Shown piece after piece: positions 41,604 to 50,928 of a stretch of DNA of 64,000 bases (its first letter is position 1; every line of letters begins with the position of its first letter). The stretch is from Candidatus Omnitrophota bacterium (GTDB taxonomy: Bacteria > Omnitrophota > Gorgyraeia > Zapsychrales > JAHFFX01). The notes below the pieces were generated by a model. That model had not been told where the DNA came from and searched no databases. It saw only the letters and a list, made by a program, of their open reading frames with translations. Where the stretch lies: contig JAHFFY010000003.1 in the NCBI GenBank assembly GCA_023247705.1, positions 14,067 to 78,066 of the forward strand. Reading direction: 5' to 3'. The translations under genes were made by a program, and so were the position numbers.

Positions 41604-44600
41604 GGATATTTCCTAACAATTTTTCTGCGGGTGATTCTTGGTTTTGTTGATCCGGATTTTCTTGCGCTGGACTTTCGGTTCCTCCTTGATTATTCTCAGG
41701 CGGCGAAGATTGGTCCTCGATTTTGATGTATTTCCCGATCAGTTGTTTGACTCCTTTTTGGATTTCTCCCTTGATTTCGTTATTGATCCCTTTCTTGATC
41801 AAATATTCCAGATCAACCGAAGGCTTGATATCGGGATATTTTCCCGTCCATTTGACGGGAAACGTAATCTGTTGTTCGTCGTTAAAAAGAAGATTTAATT
41901 GCGGAACAATCGCGACCATGTTCGCGGAAAGATCGACCGGGATCAGAAACAAAGTGTTTAATGCAACCGCTTGATCAAAACCAACATTCCCCTGGCCGTT
42001 GAGCAAGAAACCGTCGGCGTCGACATCCAGGGGCTCGATAACGATGCTGCCGCCGGCGATTTTCGTTTGCAATTGGGCTTTGTTCAGAGTGGTGTCTTTC
42101 TGCGTTAACTTTTGTTTGTACTGATCCGGCAAGGAAGCTTCAATCTGGGCAACCAGATTCGGGAACAAAGAAAGTTTATCGAGGACTTCTTTAAGAATGT
42201 TGATGTCGGTCAGGCGGCCGTCTGCCACCTCCAGTTGGCCCTCTCCTTGCAGTGCATCCAAAATCTTTCGAGGATCAAACCCTTGTCCTTTCACACTGTA
42301 CTGGCCGTTGAGGGTTCCTTGCAATTGGATCAGCTGTTTTTTCTGGTCGATCAGTTTTTCCAACGCCAAGCCTTTAACATCCAGTTGCGCGTTGAATCGC
42401 TGCGCGCTGGCACCCGTGCCCAGGTAGTCGTCGACAGCTCCCATCGCCTTGATCGTCCCTTCTGCGATCTTGGCGGAAAAGTCTTCCAGGTTGAAACGCG
42501 TCGCTGTCGCGGCAAACAGCGCGTGGACGGATTCTAACGGCAAAAGGATCTGGGGAAGGGCCGCGTGACCGTCAGTCAATTCACCTTTTAAATCCAAAGA
42601 CGTCAATCCCTTTGCTGTGGCCTCGAGCTGAGCAAACGTGAGATTCAGTTGACCCTGTAAATTTTCTAGTAGAGCAGCGGTTTCGGAAATGTTGAGCGCC
42701 GCGTAAATTTTGGCCAGAGACAAACGCGCGCAATCGACCTGGACGCTAGAATCTTTAAACCGTACAATCTGATCCGACGCGTCGATCTGTCCTTGTCCCG
42801 TTAAAGACACATTGGGCTCGTTACCAAACACCGCTAACGTCCCGGTAAATTGAAACGGATCCTGGAACGAAACATCAAAAAACTTAAAATCGATTTGCGA
42901 AGCGTCCAGCGCAACCCCCGTGGCAGGATTTTTGATCCGGATTTTTCCATGGGTCAACTGGGCGTCGAGCTTAAGTGTCTCTAATCCTTTCGCCCCGGCG
43001 GAGAGATCACGGATTTTGGCCTCAAACTTTCCTTCTAAAATCTCCGGCAACGGAACGTCTTTGACCTGTGCGACCGATGCCTTCAGTGCTTCCAAAGACA
43101 CCTTCGAGAAATCCACCGAACAAACGGCGTCGTGCAAATGAACAGACTTGGCAGCTAAATCGAACTTGGCCGAACTCTCCAAGGAAAAATTCTGTTCCGC
43201 GCCCCAGAGAACACCCTTGAGCGTCAACGCAAAAGGATCGTTCCCTAAAGAAAAATCTTTAACCTGCAGTTCCAGTTGAGAGGCATCCAGCGTAACCCCC
43301 GCCACGACATCCTTGATCACCACCGCCCCATCGGTAATCTGCGAATTAAGCGACAACTCGTCAATGCCCTGCGGTGACATCGCGAAATCTTTCACATCCA
43401 CAAACAATTTTCCGTCCAAACGTTGCGGCCACGGGGAATTCTTTAAAACGGGCAACGCGTCGTGAATATTCTGTAAAGGTAATTGCGACAGATTGGATTC
43501 GATCTGAACATCTTCGAGGTGGATGTTCTGGTCCGCCAGATTGAGCTTGCCTGTTCCTTCAACGGAAAGATTGGGCTCGCCTCCAAAGACCGCCCCTTTT
43601 AAAGTAAAACTAAAGGGATCACCCAACAACGAAAAATCCCGCAACTGCACATCCAGATGTGTCGCGTTCACAGAAATCCCGGGCGCAACTTCTTTCACAT
43701 TTATCTCGCCGTTCGAAAATTCGGCATCGAAGACCATCGGACCGAGTCCTTTGGGACTCACGACCAATTCCCGTAATTTCAGCTGTAATTTCCCTTTTAA
43801 TAAATCAGGGAATGGCTTTCCCTTCAACACCGCTAAAGACGATTTTAGCCGCTCCAGCGGCAACAGCCACAAGTCGCTGACAATCGTCGTGTCGCGCAGT
43901 TGAATCGATTGCGTCTGAGGATCGTAATTAGCTGCCCCCTCCAGCGAAACATTGGGTTGATCGGCGAAGACCGCTGCTTGAAGCTGGATCTTGAACGGAT
44001 TTCCTTTCAAAGAAAAATCCGATAACTTCAAATCAATCTGGGACGCGGCGATCGCGACTCCCGGCGTTAAGTCCCGGATTTTGATCGCCCCCTCTTTCCA
44101 TTCCAGATCGGAAAGGATGTCGAGACCGTTGGGTCCGCTCTTAAAATCCTTGATCGTCAATTCCAGATTCCCGGATAAAGTATTCAGGAAAGGGATTTGC
44201 TTAAACAGGGTAAACGACGTCTGCAGTTGTTGCAAAGGCAAATGCTCCAGATCGACGGCGATTTTCGTGTCGCTCAACTCCACATTCCGGGCCGCCGCAT
44301 CGAAACGTGCGGAACCTTGCGCCGAAAAATTCCGTTCCTGCGCGAACGCCGCGGCCTGCAAATCGAACTGAAACGGCTGGCCATTCAATGAAAAATTACT
44401 CACGTTACAATCAACCTGTGAAGCGTCGACCGAAATTCCCGGCGCAACCTCCTTCATCACGATTCTGCCCCCGGCCAGATCTAAATCCAAATGGACCGCC
44501 CCTAACCCTTGAGGCCCGGCCACAAGATCCTTCACATAAAATTGAAATCTTCCGTTCAACGTTTCCGGCCAGGGAACATCTTTCGCCTGCGCGTTTAAAA

Positions 44601-45405
44601 TCCCGTTAACACGATCCCACAGGGATGCCGTCAAATCCATCTGGATCTTTGTGTCGCGGACACGGATTTGCTGCGACCTCGGATCAATCTGAATCTCTCC
44701 ATCGCTCAAGAATTTATTCTGCTGATCCCCCAGAAACGCTTCCAGAGAGAATGAAAAAAGTTTATTCAATGAAAACCGCTGCGCTTTAAAAACGATCTGA
44801 CTGACCTCCAGCGGTTCTTTGAGCGCAACCGACTGATCGATCAAATCAACAGTCCCTCCTTCCAAAACAATATCGTCAATAAAAATCAACGGCAACGCAG
44901 AGGTCTTTGTCGGGCTTGGAGCAAAACGAACGGAATTTTGCTGTGGCGGGTTTGAATTGGAAAATTTGTCATCCGAAGAATCCCCGGTCGATGGCCCGGG
45001 CTTTCCAATGGTCTGAATATTAAACGAACCATCTTCATGACGGATGATCGTGATCTTCGGCGATTTAATCTCAATTTTCGAAAGGGCGATCTGCCGACTG
45101 ATCAGATAAGCCAGGGCATCGATCCCGCAACTGACTTCTTCCACCTTCAAAAAATGTTCATTCGCAAAATCCGGGTCATCGCTCATCGTCAATTGATCGA
45201 CTTTAAACCAGATCCCTTTTTTAAACGAAGCATTCAATGTCATCTGTTTGAAATCGACCTTGCGCCCCAAGGCCTTTTGAGCGGCGGCGATGATTTGCGG
45301 TTTATAACGGTTCACATCGAAGGTCTTCAGGAAAATGACGAGACCGATTCCCATCACAAGGATCAGGACACCTAATGTTATCAGGATCATTCTTAAAATT
45401 TTCAT
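41584..45405 (-). CDS. giant AsmA-like protein with six internal ~115 aa tandem repeats
   Basis: 1273 aa. N-terminal TM anchor and AsmA-like N-domain (…FLKTFDVNRYKPQIIAAAQKALGRKVDFKQM…). Body made of repeated units each containing …LKDFSL(N/L)G(Q/N/D)PF(K/S)F.L..A.F…PN.S..G…D…I.L.D…. Confidence 0.8.
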   Translation of the reverse strand: MKILRMILITLGVLILVMGIGLVIFLKTFDVNRYKPQIIAAAQKALGRKVDFKQMTLNASFKKGIWFKVDQLTMSDDPDFANEHFLKVEEVSCGIDALAYLISRQIALSKIEIKSPKITIIRHEDGSFNIQTIGKPGPSTGDSSDDKFSNSNPPQQNSVRFAPSPTKTSALPLIFIDDIVLEGGTVDLIDQSVALKEPLEVSQIVFKAQRFSLNKLFSFSLEAFLGDQQNKFLSDGEIQIDPRSQQIRVRDTKIQMDLTASLWDRVNGILNAQAKDVPWPETLNGRFQFYVKDLVAGPQGLGAVHLDLDLAGGRIVMKEVAPGISVDASQVDCNVSNFSLNGQPFQFDLQAAAFAQERNFSAQGSARFDAAARNVELSDTKIAVDLEHLPLQQLQTSFTLFKQIPFLNTLSGNLELTIKDFKSGPNGLDILSDLEWKEGAIKIRDLTPGVAIAASQIDLKLSDFSLKGNPFKIQLQAAVFADQPNVSLEGAANYDPQTQSIQLRDTTIVSDLWLLPLERLKSSLAVLKGKPFPDLLKGKLQLKLRELVVSPKGLGPMVFDAEFSNGEINVKEVAPGISVNATHLDVQLRDFSLLGDPFSFTLKGAVFGGEPNLSVEGTGKLNLADQNIHLEDVQIESNLSQLPLQNIHDALPVLKNSPWPQRLDGKLFVDVKDFAMSPQGIDELSLNSQITDGAVVIKDVVAGVTLDASQLELQVKDFSLGNDPFALTLKGVLWGAEQNFSLESSAKFDLAAKSVHLHDAVCSVDFSKVSLEALKASVAQVKDVPLPEILEGKFEAKIRDLSAGAKGLETLKLDAQLTHGKIRIKNPATGVALDASQIDFKFFDVSFQDPFQFTGTLAVFGNEPNVSLTGQGQIDASDQIVRFKDSSVQVDCARLSLAKIYAALNISETAALLENLQGQLNLTFAQLEATAKGLTSLDLKGELTDGHAALPQILLPLESVHALFAATATRFNLEDFSAKIAEGTIKAMGAVDDYLGTGASAQRFNAQLDVKGLALEKLIDQKKQLIQLQGTLNGQYSVKGQGFDPRKILDALQGEGQLEVADGRLTDINILKEVLDKLSLFPNLVAQIEASLPDQYKQKLTQKDTTLNKAQLQTKIAGGSIVIEPLDVDADGFLLNGQGNVGFDQAVALNTLFLIPVDLSANMVAIVPQLNLLFNDEQQITFPVKWTGKYPDIKPSVDLEYLIKKGINNEIKGEIQKGVKQLIGKYIKIEDQSSPPENNQGGTESPAQENPDQQNQESPAEKLLGNILDKVFK

Positions 45406-45702
45406 TTTATTTGTTCATCCGTCTTGCCCCGCTGTATTTCTGATCAAAGAATAGTGGGAACGGATAGGGAATGGCGAGATTATCGAATTTTTTCTTACCC
45501 AAATATTATATTTTAAGGAATTAAAATCAGAACACATCCGGATGATTTCGCCATTTAGTATAAAGGGGATTTAAAAAGTCATCAAGCAAATTTTTCTTCC
45601 CGGAAACAAATTACCCCTGCGAATTCCCTTATATTATTTAGGGAAGCCACAAGGGCTTGGGGAACAAACTCAGGTTTATTGATTCTTTGAATATCTGGTG
45701 CA

Positions 45703-45792
45703 CTAATACTTTGTCAAACCCGTTTTTAATAGTTGATCCCTCTATCCTTTGCAGGAAATCAACTATTAAAAACAAAATTGACAAAGTACTAA
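45703..45792. repeat. MITE-like palindromic repeat, family 1, copy 2
   Basis: CTAATACTTTGTCAAACCCGTTTTTAATAGTTGATCCC…GGAAATCAACTATTAAAAACAAAATTGACAAAGTACTAA. About 95% identical to copies at 55255 and 61212. Confidence 0.85.
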
Positions 45793-45968
45793 CGAACTAA
45801 TTTGGAAAGCTTATAGTGATGATCGAGCTTTTTAGATTGAACGAATTGGTTCGCTACAAGACCAACCGGCAACATGTAAGAAAGAATGATAATAAAAATC
45901 GCGATCTTTCTTAAATGACAGAACAGCGCCTCTTCAAAGATGTTTTCGATTTTTCTATTTGTACTCAT
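45789..45968 (-). CDS. small hydrophobic protein (59 aa), stop codon inside the family 1 repeat
   Basis: AAAGGAGATTTCTCC-ATG RBS. MSTNRKIENIFEEALFCHLRKIAIFIIILSYMLPVGLVANQFVQSKKLDHHYKLSKLVR. Absent from the ORF track because it is below 60 aa. Confidence 0.3.
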   Translation of the reverse strand: MSTNRKIENIFEEALFCHLRKIAIFIIILSYMLPVGLVANQFVQSKKLDHHYKLSKLVR

Positions 45969-46044
45969 GGAGAAATCTCCTTTCTAAAAAATAAAACCCC
46001 GTATCCAAACGAATACGAGGCTTCAACGCCTGACTTGACGGACA

Positions 46045-46078
46045 ACAAAAAACCTCTAAGACTTCTTTGCCTTAGAGG
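46045..46078 (-). terminator. rho-independent terminator for the minus-strand membrane-protein/GT2/GH94 operon
   Basis: On the minus strand CCTCTAAG-(10 nt loop)-CTTAGAGG followed by TTTTTTGTTG. Confidence 0.5.
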
Positions 46079-46215
46079 ACGCCATTGCCCTTTTTAAAAA
46101 CTGCATTTGTATAACAATTTCTTTGCTAAATGACAATGATAAATATATACGGAATGTTTGATTCTGTCAATAAATTTTTTCCGATTCGTGTTTCTTCCAA
46201 AACGGTCCCGGAAGG

Positions 46216-46650
46216 TTAACTCCGCAAGTTGATGGCGACGACATTTACCCTTCTTTTGAATACTCTCGGGATTCGGCGCAGGCTGCGCTTGAGTTTCGCT
46301 TCAAATTTGATCCAAAGACTTAACACATGCACGCTCAACAACACCGCTGCAAGCGTCAAAATAGAAATGAGGAATGGACGTATTTTCAATACGTTTGCCG
46401 AGGAAGCATGTTGGGCATTAATACGCTGTAAAGGTACTGCATGATTAATCAACCAACCGAGGAATAACCCGGTCAGCCAGAACCCCAAAAAGATTCCTCC
46501 CGTAATAAACAGCTGAAACAAAACAAATCTCCATCTTCGTTTATTTCCTTTCCCTCCGATCGTCCGATAGAGTTCAATAAAAGGGATCAATAAAGACGTT
46601 AACAAATAAAAAATCCCGCCGATGCCCGTTCCCGGAAGTCCAGCAATCAT
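46216..46650 (-). CDS. small integral membrane protein (4 TM; possibly GtrA-like glycosylation accessory)
   Basis: 144 aa. Hydrophobic. Stop 3 nt from the start of the upstream GT2 gene. Confidence 0.5.
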   Translation of the reverse strand: MIAGLPGTGIGGIFYLLTSLLIPFIELYRTIGGKGNKRRWRFVLFQLFITGGIFLGFWLTGLFLGWLINHAVPLQRINAQHASSANVLKIRPFLISILTLAAVLLSVHVLSLWIKFEAKLKRSLRRIPRVFKRRVNVVAINLRS

Positions 46651-46653
46651 GGG

Positions 46654-47778
46654 TTAGTGTCCTTTCTCGTAGACATTAAATGTTTTCTTTAAAACAAATT
46701 CGCTCCACAACGCTTCCAACATAAAAATACTGTTGACCGTCCGCAAAATAAAAAACGCGGGGATGCTGGCCAAAACCCGGACGACTTCTTTGCGTTCGAT
46801 CCCCTTTAATAAAGTCGGGATCAAGACCGCCGGGACATCGATCACATAACCTAACAATAAAAGAGGATTCCGCCAAATAATCGCGAGCAACGGCAAAATA
46901 ATCAGATAGACTAAAGACGCCACGATGGCGTCCCAAAGCGCAACCGCGATAATCGAACGTAAATAGGGAAATTGCAAGATCCCTTTCCAGTGCAATTTGA
47001 CATTTTGCACAAATCCATGCGACCATCGCTTGAGCTGTTTTTTCATAAACAGGAAATTATGCGGTTCGATGGGATAACACAGCGCGGAACCGACAAAACG
47101 CACCCGGTAACCGGCCTGATAAAAACTCCACGTCAAGTCCATGTCCTCGGCCAATGTCCTGGTCGGCCACCCCTTCATCTGCCGCAACACGTCCGTCCGG
47201 TAGACGGAAAAACAGCCTGAAGAGATCAACGGTTTATCGTAATAATCCTGGATCGGCTTAAAGAAAGTAAACGCAAAAAGATATTCAATATAACGTCCGC
47301 GTTCCCAGATGGTCTGGATACACCGCGGGATCACAAAGCCGCATGCCGCCGCAACGGCTGAATCTTCCAAAGCCACTAAAAATTTTTCAATCGCATCCGG
47401 GGCCAGGGTCGTGTCCGCGTCGATCGCCATTGTTAATTCGGTTTGAACATACTGCAAAGCGAAATTCTGGGCGCCCGCCTTGGAGCCGGTATTTTTAGGC
47501 GGACGAATCACAGTGACGCCCAACGACCGGGCAATGTCTCCCGTGTTATCGCTGGAAAAATCATCGACCACAATAATCTCTTCTGCCGGAAGGCTCTGGC
47601 ATTGGAGACTAAGAATCGTATCCGCGATGCTTTTAGCTTCGTTATAGGCAGGAATGATAATCGTGAGATGACTTTTCACGAACTCTGATTGAAGAAGTGA
47701 TTCCGGCCACCAATGTAGTTGTTGTTCAGAAAAATCTATTCTGCTAAGAACCATCTTTTGTTCCTTGACGATATACAA
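46654..47778 (-). CDS. family 2 glycosyltransferase with C-terminal TM helices (membrane-bound synthase-like)
   Basis: 374 aa. IIIPAYNEAKSIADTILSL…VVDDFSSDNT…IDADT. GT-A DXD motifs. Four C-terminal TM helices. Confidence 0.85.
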   Translation of the reverse strand: MYIVKEQKMVLSRIDFSEQQLHWWPESLLQSEFVKSHLTIIIPAYNEAKSIADTILSLQCQSLPAEEIIVVDDFSSDNTGDIARSLGVTVIRPPKNTGSKAGAQNFALQYVQTELTMAIDADTTLAPDAIEKFLVALEDSAVAAACGFVIPRCIQTIWERGRYIEYLFAFTFFKPIQDYYDKPLISSGCFSVYRTDVLRQMKGWPTRTLAEDMDLTWSFYQAGYRVRFVGSALCYPIEPHNFLFMKKQLKRWSHGFVQNVKLHWKGILQFPYLRSIIAVALWDAIVASLVYLIILPLLAIIWRNPLLLLGYVIDVPAVLIPTLLKGIERKEVVRVLASIPAFFILRTVNSIFMLEALWSEFVLKKTFNVYEKGH

Positions 47779-48089
47779 AAAAAACCAATGCCAAAGTCAA
47801 TTGAGGCATTGGTATTAAGAATGAAGTGTATGGTAAATTACCCCAAATGTCAAGTTTTGATCTCAAAGAATGTTAGTGATGGACTACGCAGCGGTTTGAT
47901 GCGTCTTTGAGAACAATGCCTATAAAACATTTGCCATTGACCCCAAAAAGCGTATTGCGGCTGGATGAGCGCGGCGCCATACACGCCAAACGTCTTCTGA
48001 GCGATCTGAGTCCAGTTATACTTTTCGTTGATCTTCCGTTGTTGTTGGGAGAGCAATCACTGCTCTTGCCAGAGTGACCTTAGAAATTC

Positions 48090-50807
48090 TTAAGCGAGGA
48101 TAACTTTAAGAGAACAGAAAGGAATATCTTTTTCAAAGACCTCCCGTTTGATTTTGACGGACATCTCTGAAATCTTGGTGGCCGGACAATCAGTCTGATT
48201 CAAAGAAACACTTTTGATCGAATATTTTCCAAAATCGATTTTTTTCTGATTAACATAAATGATCTCCAATTTCTTACCGGCAAAATAACATCTCACCCTG
48301 GCCTCTCCTTTTTGATCAAACTCCTGCAACAGTAGTTTCGGGGCCAACACCAAATCACCGCGATCGCCCTGCACGCCGAAGACCTGCGTCAACTGGGTTA
48401 GAATCAGCCAGCTGGCCGAACCGGTCAGATAATGGTACATCCCCCGGCCTAATGAATCGAAATACTCCGGGATCCCGGGATAGATTTTACTTTTTTCCGT
48501 ATCGATACACATGCGATAAATCGATTGGAGAACAGCATACCCATCGTGAACAAAGCCTCTTTTATATAACGCGTAAGCGTACATCACATTCATGTGACTA
48601 AAAAACGCCCCGTTTTCCTTGGTCCCGTAGGCAAAACCAAACGCCCGCCCGAAATTCAGATAATGATCCAATCCGAAGTCTGTGTTCAGACGGATGCCGC
48701 CCAGCTGCGGGTCTTTCAGGAATCGATTGACGCTTTTAACGATCTCTTGAATTTCTTCCGGGGTTGCCAGTCCGCTCATCACCGGAAAAACCTGGCCGGT
48801 CAGCGTCATCCAGACTTTTTCATCTTTCTTTCCTTCCACGCGTTCGCCATGGTTATCATAATATCCGTTGAACCATTGATAAGTTTGCTGTTTGTCTTGG
48901 ACTGAAGTCCATTCTTGTTTTCGAATCTGACGAAAGATCCATTGACCTTTCTTTTTTAGATCCTTGATGACATCGGCAATTAAAACCTCTTCTTTTTTCC
49001 CGCTGACTTCCGGCTGGACCGCTTTGAAATACCGTTTAAAAAGCAGCTCCTCTTTATCATCGCGCTTATTGTAATCGCATTCTTTCTCCGATAGGGAATC
49101 CAACAAGATCAGGACCTCTTGCGCCAGCGTGATTTTTTTGATGCCTTTCCACTTGGCTAAGTCCGTCAGAAGATTGGCGAGGCTTAAAAGGTTTCCGCCG
49201 TAGAAACTCATGAACGCGACACTTTCCCCCCGATGAAAGGCCATATCCAGACCATCGTTCCAGTCCGCGCTTTCCAAACGGATCAGATTGTGTTCACCGA
49301 CATTAAGAAATTGAACGAGGTGCTGAATCAAAATATGTTCTAAGACAGTTCCGGAATAAATATCGCCTTTTTTATCTTTCAGCTTCTGGCCATACTGCAT
49401 CGACCAGCCGGAATCTTTTTCAAATGTCCGCGATAATTGCGGATCCCGAAAATAAGCATTCTGTTCCAGCAAAATACTATAATCTCCGGTTTGATCGATA
49501 TACAACAGTGTGGTCAAAAACGGCCAAGCCCCATGGTCCATCCACACACGAGTGATCGCATTACGGTCCGCGATAAATTCTCCCGGAACGGAACCGATGA
49601 TCGTTGCGTTCGTGCCGTCGATCCTGACCCCGGCGAAATTGTTGACCAGTGTCTCCCGGACATTTTCCGGTTCGATCAGAATCAATGACAATAAATCCTG
49701 CCAAAGATCGCGCCATCCCTTGCCGCCTTTTCCATAATCATGGTCGGGAAGAAAAGAGTTACCGAAAATCCGACGCAAGACCGGCTGGATCGTCACCCAT
49801 TTGATCCACGCGTTAAACGCCTCATCGCCTGTTTTCAGTTGAATGGAATCGATCTTTCCAGCCCAAAAGGTTTTGTTTTGTTCCAAGGCCGCATCAAATT
49901 TTTTCGTGCTGTTAAATTTCTCAAAAGTCGATTGGACAACCGCTTTGCTTTCCGCGATCCCCAGGACAAAAAGATATTCACGTTCTTTTCCCGGAGCCAA
50001 GGTCTCTTCCTTAAAACGCAACGCCCCCATCGCTTCACGGCCGGACAACAATTCTTTGGCCAAAGCCCGGGGGGGAGCATTGTTCATCAACGCCTCGGGT
50101 TCACTCCAGTCACCGCCTTCGCCGTAAAACGATTCAACCATCGGGAAAGACCCGACCGGCATTTCATTCTTATCCGAAACCCCGTAGACATAATAAACGG
50201 AATGATTCGCGAGATGCCCTTCTTCATTAAAAAGCAATGTGGGAGAAACAATAACACCCTGCGGTATTTGTTCGATCCGCTGCAATAGCGCGGTCACGTG
50301 TTCATGGTCATGCTTGTTCGCCAAAGCCCGGCCGAAGATAGGCACCGCAGCCGTCGGAATGAATTTAATATTTTTATCGGAATTATTTTCGACCGTAATC
50401 CGCATCAGCTCCACGGGTTCGCCACTCGAAGGGACAAAATTCAGCGCTTTGATTTTAAGACCAGCCTGCGGGAACACGCGTTCCATCCGGTGCCAAAGCG
50501 GTCCGATTTCGATGCATGGCGGACTTTCAGAAGCAGGCTGCGCCAAGGAAATAACTCGATTGTTTTCTAAACAAACGAAAAAATTTCTGACCCCGTTCCT
50601 TAAATCCTCACGGGAAACCGGTTTGGTCAAATAACGATTCTTATCCATTTTGATATCGCCGCTCAAAAATGGCGTAATGGACGATTTGATTCCTCTGGAA
50701 TCAATTCCGCACAAAGGGAAATAAATGAGTCTCAAAGCCGATAACTGGTTGGAGGTGAAACTCACTCCATCGGAAGAGAATGAATAATGCGATTTGGGGG
50801 ACGTCAT
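48090..50807 (-). CDS. GH94-like glycoside hydrolase/phosphorylase ((alpha/alpha)6 barrel)
   Basis: 905 aa. …RLESADWNDGLDMAFHRGESVAFM… (DWND catalytic-region motif of the cellobiose-phosphorylase family) and …FFSHMNVMYAYALYKRGF…. Confidence 0.65.
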   Translation of the reverse strand: MTSPKSHYSFSSDGVSFTSNQLSALRLIYFPLCGIDSRGIKSSITPFLSGDIKMDKNRYLTKPVSREDLRNGVRNFFVCLENNRVISLAQPASESPPCIEIGPLWHRMERVFPQAGLKIKALNFVPSSGEPVELMRITVENNSDKNIKFIPTAAVPIFGRALANKHDHEHVTALLQRIEQIPQGVIVSPTLLFNEEGHLANHSVYYVYGVSDKNEMPVGSFPMVESFYGEGGDWSEPEALMNNAPPRALAKELLSGREAMGALRFKEETLAPGKEREYLFVLGIAESKAVVQSTFEKFNSTKKFDAALEQNKTFWAGKIDSIQLKTGDEAFNAWIKWVTIQPVLRRIFGNSFLPDHDYGKGGKGWRDLWQDLLSLILIEPENVRETLVNNFAGVRIDGTNATIIGSVPGEFIADRNAITRVWMDHGAWPFLTTLLYIDQTGDYSILLEQNAYFRDPQLSRTFEKDSGWSMQYGQKLKDKKGDIYSGTVLEHILIQHLVQFLNVGEHNLIRLESADWNDGLDMAFHRGESVAFMSFYGGNLLSLANLLTDLAKWKGIKKITLAQEVLILLDSLSEKECDYNKRDDKEELLFKRYFKAVQPEVSGKKEEVLIADVIKDLKKKGQWIFRQIRKQEWTSVQDKQQTYQWFNGYYDNHGERVEGKKDEKVWMTLTGQVFPVMSGLATPEEIQEIVKSVNRFLKDPQLGGIRLNTDFGLDHYLNFGRAFGFAYGTKENGAFFSHMNVMYAYALYKRGFVHDGYAVLQSIYRMCIDTEKSKIYPGIPEYFDSLGRGMYHYLTGSASWLILTQLTQVFGVQGDRGDLVLAPKLLLQEFDQKGEARVRCYFAGKKLEIIYVNQKKIDFGKYSIKSVSLNQTDCPATKISEMSVKIKREVFEKDIPFCSLKVILA

Positions 50808-50928
50808 AAAAACCTTAAACGTTTGATTGTTGAAAGCGGTCTTATTGAAAATACCTCCAGAAGCCGATTTTAAAATTGGTTCACACTATATCAAAAGTTT
50901 TCATGGATGTAAAGACCGACAAGAAAAC

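Noticed and set aside
42112-44609. Several 70-140 aa plus-strand ORFs inside the giant AsmA-like gene and similar antisense ORFs inside other long genes
   Set aside because: They lie antisense within a continuous 1273 aa reading frame that has a clear repeat structure. They lack ribosome-binding sites. They are typical shadow ORFs of the moderately GC-biased third codon position.
47779-48089. A gene in the 310 bp gap between the GT2 and GH94-like genes (track ORF 47850-48056)
   Set aside because: No ribosome-binding site and a low-complexity translation. The gap contains a hairpin (CCAATGCC…GGCATTGG) preceded by an A8 run on the plus strand (T8 after it on the minus strand). This is more consistent with an intercistronic terminator or attenuator than with a coding sequence.
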